Of a stretch of 64,000 bases of DNA, positions 39,335 to 52,335 are shown one piece after another. The stretch comes from Malacoraja senta. Taxonomy: Eukaryota. The stretch's first letter is position 1; each line of letters starts with the position of its first letter. Below the pieces are notes generated by a model. It did no database searches and was not told where the DNA came from. It saw only the letters and a list, made by a program, of their open reading frames with translations. The position numbers and the translations under genes are program-made. The stretch is taken from the NCBI GenBank assembly GCA_038087875.1, contig CM075992.1, positions 10,604,001 through 10,668,000 of the forward strand, in the 5' to 3' direction.

Positions 39335-39830
39335 TCCATTTCAAGCAGGGTGCAAGGCCACCAAATTCAAGTGCAGTTTCTGACCACTTCCAGCAGGGTT
39401 CAAGGCGACCGAACTCAAGTGTAATTTCCTACCACTTCAAGCAGGGTTCAAGACCACCAAATTCAAGTGCACTTGCATACCACTTCAAGGAGGGTGCAAG
39501 GCCACCAAACTCAAGTACAGTTTCAAACCACTTCAAGCAGGGTGCAAGGGCACAGAATTCAAGTGCAGTTTCATACCACTTCAAGCAGGCTGCATGGCCA
39601 ACAAATTCAAGTGCAGTTTCATACCACTTCAAGCAGGGTGCAAGGCCACAAAACTCAAGTGCAGTTCCATGCCACTTCAATCAGTGTGCAAGGCCACCAA
39701 ATTCAAGTGCAGTTTCATGCCACTTCATGCATGTTGCAAGGCCACCAAACTCAAGTGCAGTTTCATACCATTTCAAGCAGGGTGCAAGGCCATCAAATTG
39801 AAATGCAGTTTCATACCAATTCAAGCAGGG
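39335..39830. repeat. 48-bp minisatellite, ~10 units
   Basis: Unit cacttcaagcagggtgcaaggccaccaaattcaagtgcagtttcatac. Confidence 0.95.
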
Positions 39831-40224
39831 TGAAACCACCATGAAACCACACAAAGCACCACATAAACACCACACTCACAGTTCAGTAGACATTCAGTGT
39901 GTTCAGTTGATTCACAGCTCAGACAAAGTCGTGACCTCACCCTCTCCCATCTTGCAGAGGCTGAGCCACACCCACAATTCCGGGTTTTATAATCCCTCCC
40001 CCTCCCACCGCAAGGGCGTGGCCTTCGTGGTGTGATTGACAGGAGAGATATCCTCAACATATTTTAAACACCAATAACACTTTTATTTTTCATTAATGGG
40101 TAGAATCATCTGCACCTGATGAGCGGAGGGGGACTGAGTAAGATGGCCAAAAATCACGGCCGTAAGATCGTTTTATCTAAAACAATATTCAGTGTAAACA
40201 GGGTTGTCAAGTTTAGACATTTAA

Positions 40225-40585
40225 TGCTGTGCTTCAGTACAAATAGCACCCACCACCAACCATTTGCTGTGCTTCAGTTCACTAGCACCACCACCAACCA
40301 ATTGCCGCGCTTCAGTTCAATAGCATCCACCACCAACCATTTGCTGTGCATCAGTTCAATAGCATCCACCACCAACCATTTGCTGTGCTTCAGTTCAATA
40401 GCAACCACCACCAACCACTTGCTGCGCTTCAGTTCAATAGCACCCACCACCAACCATTTGCTGTGCTTCAGTTCAATAGCACCCACCACCAACCACTTGC
40501 TGCGCTTCAGTTCAATAGCAACCACCACCAGCCATGTGCTGTGCTTCAGTTCAAGCCAACCACCACCCACCATTTGCTGTGCGTT
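40225..40585. repeat. 39-bp minisatellite, ~9 units
   Basis: Unit tgctgtgcttcagttcaatagcacccaccaccaaccatt. Confidence 0.95.
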
Positions 40586-41014
40586 TTCAACCCCAACCAC
40601 ATTTTAATTTTCAAACCACATTAAGAACACTCAATGTCAGTAAAACCACACTCACAGTTTAGTAGAATTGTGTTCAGTGTTATTCAAGTTTCAGACTGAG
40701 AGAAGTGACCCTATCGCTCCCCCATCTTGCAGAGACTGACTGAGGCACTCAACACATCCGGGCTTTATAGTCCCTCAAGAAGGGGCATGGCCTTCAGGAG
40801 AGAAAATCTCAACATTTTTTAAACACTAATAACTCTCTTATTTTCCATTGATGGGAAAAATCCTCTTGTCCTGCGCAGCAGAGGGGGCTCTGAGTAAGGT
40901 TGCCAAAATCACAGCCGTAAGTGGCAGCGTTTTTTCTAAAAACAATATACAGAACAACAGGAAGTGGTTAAGATCAGACTTATAGTAATATAGATATCTG
41001 GGAGATGTAACAAA

Positions 41015-41150
41015 GATCAGCCTGAAGAAGAACCCCAATCGGAAATGTCACCTATCGATGTTCTCCATCGATGCTGCCTGAGCCGCTGAGTTACTCCGGC
41101 AGTGTGTCTCTTTTTTGTTAAACCCGCAGGTGCAGTTCATTGTTTCTACT
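41015..41150 (+). mobile_element. Penelope pLTR relic
   Basis: ctgaagaagaaccccaatcggaaatgtcacc...gatgctgcctgagccgctgagttactcc. Confidence 0.7.
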
Positions 41151-41159
41151 TCTATTTCT

Positions 41160-41665
41160 ACTGGCCATTTCTCTGTTCTCTCAGCTGACACCTGCGCACG
41201 TATCATTCAATCATCCCGGTCTCCACCTTCATAATTTGGTCATTCAGCTCATCAAATTTACTCCGATTATGGCTGATCCATCACTCCTAACTCCATTCTC
41301 CTGCTTTCTGCCCTGAACCCATAACACCTGTACCATTCAAGAATCTATCTATCTCTGCTTTAAAAAAACAATTGGCAGCCTCAACCGCCTTCCGTGGCAA
41401 TGAATTCTATAGATTCACCATCATCTGATTAAATCAATTCCTCCTCATCTCCTTCCGAAAGGTACGTCCTTTAATTCTGAGGCTATGACCTCTGGACCTA
41501 TACTCTCACACCCGTGAAAGCATCCTCTCCACATACATTCAATTCAGGTTTTTTCACTATTTGGTAAGTTTCAATGAGGTACCCCCCTTAATCCTTCTAA
41601 ACTCCAGAGAATAGAGACCAAGTGCCATTAAACGCTGATCATATGCTAACCCACTCATTCCTGTC
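41160..41665 (-). mobile_element. Old CR1 3' fragment
   Basis: Decayed match to the CR1 3' region (ctaaactccagagaata, atatgctaacccactcattcc). Confidence 0.7.
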
Positions 41666-42037
41666 ACCCTATTTCACAGGAGCAGTGTTGCGGGACTTTC
41701 CTCCATTTTATTAAATCATGTGGGGAATATGGCACGGGCCATGCATTTTGTTCACATTAAATTGCCTTGATCTGATAGACAGCTGCTGTTAAATGTCCTG
41801 TGCGACCAGCAGGAAACAAATATCAATAGCATTCGCAAAGACTACGAGTGACTCTAAAGAAATGAAGCCAACTCATACTGCCTTTGTACTGTCCATGTTA
41901 CAGAAGTTATGCCTTCTCTACAACGCAACAGTCAACCGGCTGCTAAACCCGGTAAACCTAAAAGCAAAAACAAGTTGCTATCCCTGCGGGCAAAGTATGA
42001 AGTGAGTTACTTTTAAGTCGACGATTCTTCTTCTTTT

Positions 42038-43892
42038 GGCCAAGCCCAACTCTCAGACACCTCCTCCTACTTATCCTTGGACCATGCACCCACAGACGAG
42101 CACCAGGCCACTATCTCTAGCACCATCTCTGACTTCATCACCTCCGACTCCCTGCCCTCCCAAGCCGCCAACCTCATCGTTCTCCAGCCCCGCATGGCCC
42201 GATTTTACCTTCTGCCCAAAATCCACAAACCTGACTGTCCTGGCAGACCTATTGTTTCTGCCCGTTTGTGCCCTGCCAAACATATTTCCACATAGTTCGA
42301 CCCCATGGTTAAATCACTGCCTGCCGATGTTCAAGACACCTCACACGCTCTTCGCCTACTCCAGGACTTCCGTTTTCTAGGCCATTATTCCCTCATCTTC
42401 ATCACGGATGTCCAGTCACTCTACACCGCCACCCCCCACCAGGAGGGTCTTACAGCCCTCTGTGTCTTCCTCGACTGCAGAACCAACCAATCCCTGTCTA
42501 CTGATCGTCTCATCCGCCGAGCGGAGCTGGTCCTCACCATTAATAACTTTTCGTTTGAATCCTCCCATATCCTCCAAATGCAAAGCCTAGCTATGGGTAC
42601 GCATATGGGCCCTAGCTATGCCTGCCTCTTTGTAGGGTATGTCGAATAATCTTTGTTCGAGGCGTAGCACGGCCCCAAACTGTACCTCCGCTACATCGAT
42701 GACTGCATGTGTGCTTCCTCCTGCCCCCACACACGACTTCATCCAATTCACCACTAACTTCCATCCGGCACTCAAATACACCTGGGCCATTTCCGACATT
42801 TCCCTACGATTTCTAGACCTCACTATCTCCATCGCAGGTGCTAGACTTCTGACCGACATCCACTATAAACCCACTGACTCCCCTGGCTATCAGGACTACA
42901 CTTCGCCCCACCCTGTTTACTGTAAGGACTCCATCCCCTACTCCCAATTCCTCCGTCTACGCCGCATCTGGACCCAGGAAACATGTCCTCATTCTTCAGG
43001 GAACGGGGGATCCCATCTTCTACTATAGATGATGCTCTCACCAGGGTCTGTTATATATCCCATAACTCTGCTCTCACTCCCCAACCCCCACTCGTAACAA
43101 GGCCAGAGTCCCCCTTGTCCTCACCTTCCACCCTAGCAGACGTCACATACAACAAATAATCCTCCGACATTTTCGCCACCTCCAAAGGGATCCCACAACT
43201 GGCCACATCTTCCCAAGTTCTTACCTGTCTGCTTCCCGCAGAGATCTCTCCCTCCATAACTCCCTGTTCAATTTGTCCCTTCCCACCCGAACCACTTCTG
43301 GAACTTTCCTAGGCAACCACAGGAAATGCTACACTTGTCGCTTTACCACCCCCCTTGACTCCATTAAAGGACCTAAGCAGTCTTTCCAGGTGCGGCAGAG
43401 GTTCACATGCACCTCCCCCTACCTCATCTATTGCATCCGCTGCTCTAGATGTCAACTGCTCTACATCGGTGAGATCAAGCCTAGGCTTGAGGATCTCTTC
43501 GCCCAACACCTCCACTCGGTTTACATTAACGTACCTGATCTCCCGGTCGCTCAGCACTTCAACTCCCCCTCCTATTCCAAATCCGATCTTTCTATCCTGG
43601 GCCTCCTCCATGTCTAGAGTGAGGCACACCTTAAATTGGAGCACAGCACCTCATACTTCGCTTGGGCGGTTTGCACCCCTGCAGTATGAACATTGACTTC
43701 TCGATTTCAGGTAGTCCCTGCTTTCTCCTCTTAGCTCTCCCTCAGCCCACAGTCTCCGCCTCTTCCTTTCTTCTTCCCGCCCACCCCCACCCTCACATCA
43801 GTCTGAAGAAAGGTCTCGGCCCGAAATGTTGCCTATTTCCTTCGCTCCAAAGATGCTGCCTCACCCGCTGAGTTTATCCAGCATTTTTGTCA
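42038..43892 (+). mobile_element. Penelope-like element, 5'-truncated (RT, GIY-YIG, pLTR)
   Basis: RFYLLPKIHKP, DVQSLYT, AMGTHMGPSYA, LIYCIRCSRCQLLYIGE; possible TSD ttcttctttt 42028-42037 / 43893-43902. Confidence 0.95.
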
Positions 43893-45875
43893 TTCTTCTT
43901 TTTGTTACTTGCTGAGCTTGTTTTGGAAGACGTTTCGATAAAATAATTTTTGTTTCACGTAATTAAAAAGAACAAACTATAGGCTCCTGGATGAATAATG
44001 ATGCAATGTATTCGGCGTGGGCAAGTTGGGTCTGTTTCCACGCTGTATGACTATAAAGGGATGATTGAGGGTGAAAAAAAGCATGCAAAAGAAGAAAGTG
44101 TTATTATCTGCATTGTGTTACCATTCAGCAATGGTCATTAAATAAAAATCTTTACAGTTTAAATATTAAAAGCAGCACATTGTGGTCACCCAGCATATCT
44201 CCATCTCGGTTATGTAGTTCGAGGCTTTATTTGATTTCCAGGTCTGGAGGATGAGGAAGACAAAATATGTTATTCATTAACTTAATGTGCTTATGGAGGT
44301 GTGCTTGTTTTAATGCATTTTGCTTAGTTAATTTTGGTTAACTAGTTATTGTATATCGAAGTCACGTGAGTGACTACGTGAAGAGCCCGTCAGCCCGCAT
44401 GCGCGTCAATACGTCGACGCATGGCGCGAGGTTTGGTTGGGGATGAATGTTGGTCTCCCCAGTGGTAAGGTTTAAATCCAAACAGGTGAGTACAAAGGTA
44501 AAACTATTTCCGACCTTGGCCTAGGTTTGCCGCGATGGAGAAACCTAGAGCAAAACGGAAACGGGCTGCTGAAAAAGCACCGGCAGAGGACAGCGGCAAT
44601 GGAAAATGCCGACGGCCGTCCGTTTCTCCTTCGGAGACGCTGACAGCTGCGGTCTGCACAGCAAGTTCCGATTCAGCTCCAAGAGGGAGCAGCTTGGCAA
44701 CCACGAGTTTGGGCAAAGCCAAAGCCAAAGCCAAATCAGTATGAAATGTCCAATCGGACGACTCTGGACTGGAAGACACTGTCCCAACATCCATGGAAGT
44801 TGTAGTTTGCCGGCTGTCTAAACTAGAGCGGCTAATTGAAAAAATGATTGTACAAAATATGCTCCGTTCCCAGGAGGGATTAACAGGCGGCTCCAGTCGA
44901 AAGCCTGTAGCAACACCTGGCTCAGGGTTTCAGTATATCTCCCACTCTGATGAGTGGAGTATCGGAGAGTATTACAGAGGTGATTCCGATTATGGGGATA
45001 TCAATAAGATATGTGGATCCCATGAATTAATCGATGATATGCGGCAGGCGCATCATATGGAAGAGTTACCTGCTCTTGCCTCAAAATTTGCCATGCCCTC
45101 GGGGAAAGGTGAGCCACTGCAGGAAGAACTGGCCAGGAGCTATCAGCTATTTAACGTCTCATCAGTTGAAGGAGGAGATTATGCTGTATGCGGCTGTAAA
45201 ATATCCCAGCCCAGAAAACTGCAAGACTTTGGATGTCCCGAAAGTCAATGTTACAATTTGTGAAAATCTCAGGGGCAGAACAAAGTCATGAGAGCTAAAA
45301 TTACAACGAATCCTGAGACTACTATCTGGAGGTATTACGGCCTTTGCTAGGTCAATAGATGGGGCTCGGCTTTCAGAAGTAGAGCAGGATGCGATGGCAC
45401 AGTTATGTTATACTCATTTTGAGATAAACTGCTTTGGTATAGATGCCATTAGGCCCGAAATAAATCTAAATTTGCGCACTTATGCGGGGCCAGTAATATG
45501 CAGCCTGCAAAATATCTCTTCGGAGAAGATTTATGTAAGCAGGACAATTTGAAGGCTGCTGAATGGTTAAAACATTGAAGGCTGTTGAATGGTTAAAACA
45601 CTCTATATGGGGAAGGCTCAAGTACTCCGGCGATATCACCCCGATATGACAAGCAGCAGGAATCGTTTCTCTGAGGCTGGTTGGAGTATCAGGCCTAGTC
45701 AATTTAGACCCAGCCAGAGGTATTTTTTCGGCCCAGGTCCATCTCGTCCACCTTGGAGGATGTGCACACCGTACGTTCCGTCTCAGTTCCCAGCAGATCA
45801 AGATATCAGAGCGAAAGGAAGGAGACCGAACAAAATCTAGGATCTGCTGGCTCTAGTGATAAACCACTTTTGACC

Positions 45876-46950
45876 ATTGAGGTAGGTGGATGTGAATCCA
45901 TCAGTCACATGGGGTGTGCGGAGGAATTTCGTGTCGGTGGCAGATGAAGGTTATTTTTAAACGATTGGCTACAGATAACCTCTGATCCGTTTATACTGCA
46001 TAGCATAACGGGTTACAAAATTGAGTTCTTGGCTGACAAGTTTCCTCCTCGACAAGACATGCCGAGACCGGTGTATATTCGATCCAAAAAGGACACTTTG
46101 GATATGCAAACAGAGAGAGAGGCATTGCATAAAAAAGGAGTGATTGAGCAGTCGGTCCATAAGACAGAGGAATATATCTCTAACATTTTCTCACGGGAAA
46201 AGAAAAATGGAGAATGCCGTATCATTCTTGATTTGGCTAGTTTAAACTCTTATGTGCAGTATCAACACTTTAAGATAGAACAATTTCACACTACAAAACA
46301 GCCGATTACTGAGCATTGTTTTATGGCATCCATAGATCTCAAGGATGCATATTACTCGGTTCCTATTCATAAAGAATCACAGGAAATATCTAAAGTGTAT
46401 CTGGCTGGGTCAGTGGAGTCAATTTAAGGTTTTACCCAATGGTTTAAGCTCAGCCCCTAGGCTATTTACAAAAAATCTTCAAACAGTGCTTGCCCTACTC
46501 AGAGCTAAGGGGCATATTATTATTGGGTAAATAGATGACATTCTCATAGTCGGGAAGACGTTACGTCTCGCAAAGCTTGCTGTTTCAGCTGCCAAGCTAA
46601 TCCTTGAGAAATTGGGATTTCTCAATCATCCAGCAAAATCCAGGTTGAAACCGACAAAATCTATTTCTTATTTTCGGCAGAGATGTCCGTGACCCTGCCC
46701 ATGGAGAAAAAACAGAATTTGGTAGAGGAATGTTCAGCTCTAATGATTAATGAGAAGCCTTCTATCCGTCAGGTTGCGAGGGTAATAGGCAAGATAGTAG
46801 CTGCCTTCCCAGCTCACTATCTAACCTCACATTTATCGAAATCTGGAGCGTGAAAAGGATCAGGCACTAAGACTCCACAAATGTAATTTTGACAGACTTA
46901 TGAAGTTGTTGACAGAGACAAAATCTGAATTACAATGGTGGTTTACATAC
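45876..46950 (+). pseudogene. DIRS-B reverse transcriptase
   Basis: YISNIFSREKKNGECRIILDL, LPNGLSSAPRLFTK; stops and frameshifts. Confidence 0.9.
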
Positions 46951-47026
46951 ATAACCATATGTTAATTCAGCCTGTCATTCGGGAACCTCATCCATTGCAT
47001 GATCGCATTGACTTATTAATTTGCAG

Positions 47027-48001
47027 ATTTTAAGAAGGCCTTTCGAGGGGCTAGGACTATTAACAGGATGGTAGATGTGATAACTGCAGCTTGGCGAGAT
47101 TGCACAAGGTAGCAGTACTACTCATACATCAAACAATGGGAGAAGTTTTGTGAAGAAGCACATATAAATTACTTTACGGCGAATATAGCTGATATGTTTG
47201 AGTTTCTTTCAGCTTTATAATTTGAAAAGAGTTAAGTTACAGTGCTATTAACAATGCTCGCAGTGCATTATCGTCATATTTAGTGCTCGGGTCTGGACAT
47301 GAAACTGTTGGCACTCCCCCATTGGTATCTAAATTCATGAAAGGTGTTTTTAACAGGAAACTTCCAAAGCCTAGATATCATGAAGTATGGAATGTTAAGG
47401 TAGTGTTAAGGCTGCTTCGCAATTTGGTACCAGCCGCATCTTTATCTTTGGCCCAGCTTACTCACAAATTGGTAATGCTTATGGCTCTCGTCTCAGCACA
47501 AAGTGTTCAGTCTTTGCAGAAACTTCGGCAGGATAACGCTGTTATATCCGACAAAAAGTGGTCTTTTATATAGATCAATTGATAAAGCAGAGCAGGTCAG
47601 GTGCGTTGGGATACAAATTAGAGCTGTTGGCGTATCCACCAGATCGGAGGTTATGTGTGGTTACTTATGTAAAGAGATACATCGAGGTTACAAAAGACCT
47701 TTGAGGTAACGAACAAGCTGTATTCATAAGTTATAAAAAGCCACACAAAAGGGTAACGGTGCAAACCATTTCTAGGTGGATAAAATGTATCTTATTAGAT
47801 GCGGGAGTGGATACTGATATTTTCAAATCTCACTCTACCAGGGGTGCAGCCACCTCGGCAGCAAATAAAATGGAAGTTCCGCTGGATCACATTCTTGCGA
47901 CAGCAGGATGGGCAGAAGAGAGTACTTTTCCGAAGTTTTACAATAAACCAATTAACAGGCCTGGCTTATTTGCTAATATAATTTTACGTTGTGTTGATTA
48001 A
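47027..48001 (+). pseudogene. DIRS-B tyrosine recombinase
   Basis: ILRRPF.., PLVSKFMKG, QTISRWIK, HSTRG, AGW...TFPKFYNKP. Confidence 0.9.
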
Positions 48002-48508
48002 GACAATTGTTTATCCCTGAGATAAAGGGATTGCTTCTATTAAGAAGCATGTACATGTATGCAAATTTAAATCATGTTTCAATGAAGTATGTTTTTTCTT
48101 TCAACATGGTTGATCGATGCAGTGTGTCCACAAATAGACTGGCTCACTGCATGAAACCAAAGAACTTTGAAGTCTTCACGTAGTCACTCACGTGATTTAG
48201 ATATAAAAAACGAAATATTAAACGAGAACTTACCGTTTGAGGTTTGATCTTTATTTGATGAGAAGTTGAAGTTGAAGTGCCCTCCACTCCCAACCCTGAT
48301 TCTCATAAAGATCATCCGGTATGTCTAAAGTCGTTAATCTTTCTATAGTATAAGTCCTGCAACTAGTCTGTGGTTTCATAAGTTGCTCTGAAGGTTGAAG
48401 CGCATGCGGACTGGCGGGCCATTTGGTCACAGGTCATTGCCTCGCTTCAATTTCTCATAAAATAAAGATCAATCCTCAAACGGGAAGTCCTCCTTTAATC
48501 TTTATATT

Positions 48509-48917
48509 TCGCTGAACACCTCCGCTCAGTCCGCCTTAACCTACATGATTTCCCGTTTGCTCAACACTTTAACTCCACCTCCCATTCCCAATCTGACCTT
48601 TCTGGCCTGGGCCTCCTCCATTGTCAGAATGAGGCCCAGCACAAATTGGAGGAACAGCACCTCATATTTCGCTTGGGTAGTTTACACACAAGCAGTATGA
48701 ACATTGACTTCTCCAACTTCAAATTGCCCTTGATTTCCTTCTCTCTCCATCCATTTCCCCTTCCCAGTTCTTCCACCATTTACTGTCTCCGACTACATAC
48801 TATCTCTGTCTCACTCACTCCCCTGACATCAATCTGAAGAAGGGTCTCTACCAGAAATGTCGCCCATTCCTTCTCTCCGGAGATGCTGCCTCTCCTGCCG
48901 AGTTATTCCAGCATTTT
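48509..48917 (+). mobile_element. Penelope 3' fragment and pLTR
   Basis: FAEHLRSV, EEQHLIFRLG, MNIDFSNF; ctgaagaagggtctc..gaaatgtc. Confidence 0.9.
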
Positions 48918-50086
48918 ACATAGAAAATAGAAACCTATAAAATAGGTGCAGGAGGAGGCCATTCGACGCTTCGAGCCAGCACCGCCATTCATTGTGATCA
49001 TGGCTGATCGTCCCCTATCAGTAACCCGTGCCTGCCTTCTCCCCATATTCCTTGACTCCACTAGCCCTCTGTGGCAGGGAATTCCATAAATGTACCACTC
49101 TCTGGGTGAAAACGTTTTTTTCTCAGCTCAGTCTTAAATTACCTCCCGTTTATTCTAAAACTGTGGCTCCTGGTTCTGGTCTCGCCCAACATTGGGAATA
49201 TTTTTCCTGCATCTAGCTGTTTCTATAAGACCCACCCCCCTCATCGTTCTAAACTCCAGTGAAAACAAACCTAGTCTTTTCAATCTTTCCTCATATGACA
49301 GGCCCGCAATCCCAGGAATCAATCTCGTGAACCTACGCTGCACTGCGGCAATCACGAGGATGTCCTTCCTCAAATTAGGAGACCAAAACTGTACACAATA
49401 CTCCAGATGTGGTCTCACCAGAGCCCTATGCAACTTCAAAAGAACCTCTTTACTCCTATACTGAAATCCTCTTGTTATGAAGGCCAACATTCCATTAGCT
49501 TTCTTCACTGCCTGCTGTACCTGTAAGCCAACTTTCAGTGACCGGTGTACAAGAACGCCCAAGTCTCACTGCACCTCCCCCTTACCTAACCTAACCCCAT
49601 TGACTAATAATCTGTCCCCTTGTTTTTGCCGCCAAAGTGGATAACCTCACATTTATCTATATTATACTGCATCTGGCACGCATCTGCCCACTCACTCAAC
49701 CTGTCCAGGTCACCCTGAAACCTCCTAACATCCTCTTCACAGTTCACACTGCCACCCAGCTTTGTGTCATCCGCAAAGTGGCTAGTGTTTCTCCTAACTT
49801 ATCTTCCAAATCATTCATATATATGGTAAACAGTTGCGGACCCAACACCGAGCCTTGCGGCACTCCACTCGCCACTGCCTGCAATTCTGAAAAGGACCCG
49901 TTCATTCCTACTCTTTGCTTCCGGTCTGCCAACCAATTTTCTATCCATGTCAACACCCTACCCCCAATACCATGTGCTCTGATTGTAGACACCATTCTTC
50001 CGTGCGGTACCTTATCAAAGGCTTTCTGAAAGTCTAGATAAAATACATCTACTGGCACCCCTCCATCCATTTTACTTGTCACATCC
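48918..50086 (-). mobile_element. CR1 (HER1-like) LINE, RT to tail
   Basis: YLDFQKAFDKVPH, SGVPQGSVLGP, LVRPHLEYCVQFW; catagaaa tail; very similar to 1050-1905. Confidence 0.95.
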
Positions 50087-51158
50087 TATAGTAAATATTA
50101 TCTTCTATATTAAATGTATCTTATATAATCTTGTATTGAGATGAAGTTATATCTTAAAAAGTCTGATTAGGCAGTGGGCCTCTCAGGCCATTTGGTCACA
50201 AGTCATTTGGTCTTTCTCGATGTAACATTCTTGTGAAGTGTTGTAATGACATGACTCAAGATGTATGGACTGGTTATACATACAAGACCACAAGGCTGGA
50301 ATAATAATGGATTCTGTATTAAGTTTGATACGTTTAATCACACATATGTTGAGATAAGAGATGATATATTTGAGCAGGTTGTATCTTTTATTTTTATATA
50401 TACGTATCTGAGAAAGTAACTTTGTTTTGATCTGATATAAGTCAGTTGTCTGCAGATGTGAACATTCTTTTGAGTAATGCTGTCGTTGTAAAGGCAAAGC
50501 CATAAAGGGGCCCAACGATGAGTTTGGAATTTCATCCCCTAGAGATAACAAGACAGGGGGAGGGTGTGTGAGCTGGCCAAGGAACAATTATCATTTGTCA
50601 AATGTGACATTTATACGACCCTTGCGTGCTGGGAGAATACGAGATGTGTGTTTGCAAAGATAGAGTAAATTCATAATTTAAGGCTTGTAATGCAAGATAA
50701 TGTTAGTTTAACAATGAATTATAATGAGATCATCTGGGAAATATATTGTGCTATAATTAGGATTATAAACATTAGACTCCCGTGTTTAGATCTGTAGTTT
50801 AAGAGGTAACATTATTTCCCAAGACGTATAGAGTTTAATGGGAACAATGTCTTGTTTATAAACATTGAGTAACCATTGTATCTCTTATATTTTGAGAAGT
50901 GGGTTCTTGGAATTGTCCACTTTTCTTAGATATCACTTTGTTAGAATGAAACGACTGAACAAAGAAGTCAAACGCACATGGCAAGGCGTGGGGTAACGAT
51001 GTGTGGTCATGCGATTACCTATATCATTTGCAAATATGGAAATATACTGGGAAGGAGGAGATAAGTGGGAGCAAGTGATTTGTTGATGATGAAGAAATGT
51101 CGGGAAATGATTGGATTTGGAAATGTAACAGGGGGTAATGCAGAGTTGAAAGTGGTAT
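50087..51158 (+). mobile_element. ERV-B 5' LTR, U3 part (split by ERV-A)
   Basis: Abuts the CR1 break; joins 62658 through TSD GTAT to restore gtataaaaag; ATTGG ~45 bp upstream; 5' limit inferred. Confidence 0.65.
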
Positions 51159-51710
51159 TATAGACGTTTTATGAGAAATTATATAGAAGAACAATTAATT
51201 AAAACATTCATCATAGCCAGCAGAGATGTCAGCTATTTTTATGTAATCAGACATCAGCTTATTGTACTCAGACTCACGTCATTGTTAGTTTTGCAGCATT
51301 TAACATTTATCTAGTAATGTAATTAAAACATGTACTAAACCTCGCAAGGTCAGCTATTTTATGTGAACAGACGTCATGGCACAAAAACAAGCTCCGTCTT
51401 GTTTTTTTTATTTTGCTTTAGCTAGTACACCATGGTAGACTCAGAGACTAAAGTTAAAGAGCAAGGACATAGTGATAGATTAGAGTTATAGAAGCATGCA
51501 TACCAAGTAACCGCAGATGGTTGAACGAGTGCAATATAATGGTTCTTGTTTCTGTAGATCAGGAAACAATTAGAGAGAGAGAGACCAGGCCGTGTTGTCT
51601 CTGAATGTTCCAAGCCAAAAATTGTTTGCCAATAAAGGCTTTTCGTCTTGTTGAAGAATTATCCGTGTCTTTGTCATCTTATCCAAACTTTGAGTCTTAA
51701 AACCACGACA
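51159..51710 (+). repeat. ERV-A 5' LTR
   Basis: ~96% identical by eye to 62106-62657; AATAAA ~51631; ends ...cacgaca. Confidence 0.95.
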
Positions 51711-51714
51711 AAAT

Positions 51715-51732
51715 TGGCGCTGCGAACACGGT
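51715..51732 (+). promoter_or_regulatory. ERV-A PBS, decayed tRNA-Ser type
   Basis: tggcgctgcgaacacggt, 15/18 to the ERV-B PBS. Confidence 0.75.
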
Positions 51733-52059
51733 AGGATAGAGGTCCATTCAGCAGATGACGACCAGCCAAGACGCTATCCTCGCCCCACGGGGCTCCCCGG
51801 GACAACAGGAAAAGTGTGGCTACCCGCAAAAAAGTAAGCGGTTTTCCGCTTTATTTGGACTAGTAACCTGTTGAAACGGGGACCACTGGGGGCACAGACG
51901 CGTCTGGGTGATCGAGAGGGCCTCTCCTACCCAACGAATCTGGCACTAAATTGTTCTAAAAAAGAGACCCGGAGGGTTGTCCGATAAGGCTGCGCTTTGT
52001 GGTGAGTGATAACATCTGTGATAAGTACAGCATTGCATTGTGTGATATTATTAAGAGTT

Positions 52060-52335
52060 TATTGAGACCTCGTGGATACCACCCTGAGAGGCCAGGGGTT
52101 GCACGGACGAGGCAGGTAAGAGTTTATTAGACATCGTGGATACCACCCTGAGAGGTCAGGGGTTGCACGGACGAGGCGGGTATTAGACCTCGTGGATACC
52201 ACCCTGAGACGTCAGGGGTTGCACGGACGAGGCAGGCATTCTGTGGATACCACCCTGAGCGGGCAGGGATTTGTACGGGCAGAATAAAGTATTTTGTGGA
52301 TACCACCTTCGGTGACTAAGGGTTTGTACGGGCAA
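52060..52335 (+). repeat. ERV-A 5' leader tandem repeats (~5 units of 51-64 bp)
   Basis: Core gtggataccacc at ~52072, 52136, 52192, 52243 and 52296. Confidence 0.9.

Larger units (their letters stand above)
39043..40994 (-). mobile_element. Non-autonomous Helitron
   Basis: Minus strand begins A|TCTATATTACTA and ends with hairpin tgggacccaacgggtccca (39053-39071) then CTAG|T; no TSD. Confidence 0.88.
44348..48508 (+). mobile_element. DIRS1-type retroelement B, RNase H/MTase region deleted
   Basis: 5' end gaagtcacgtgagtgactacgtgaag; ICR ~48172-48270; inverted 3' terminus; gag ~44535-45840; RT (CRIILDL, FMASIDLKDAYYSVPI, *IDD); YR. Confidence 0.95.

Noticed and set aside
39175..40624. Repetitive ORFs resembling zinc-finger or repeat proteins
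   Set aside because: Arise from 48- and 39-bp minisatellites (multiples of 3) inside a Helitron; open in several frames on both strands
52060..52335. CRISPR-like repeat array (also 34284-34540)
   Set aside because: Eukaryotic retroelement context, no unique spacers, no cas genes
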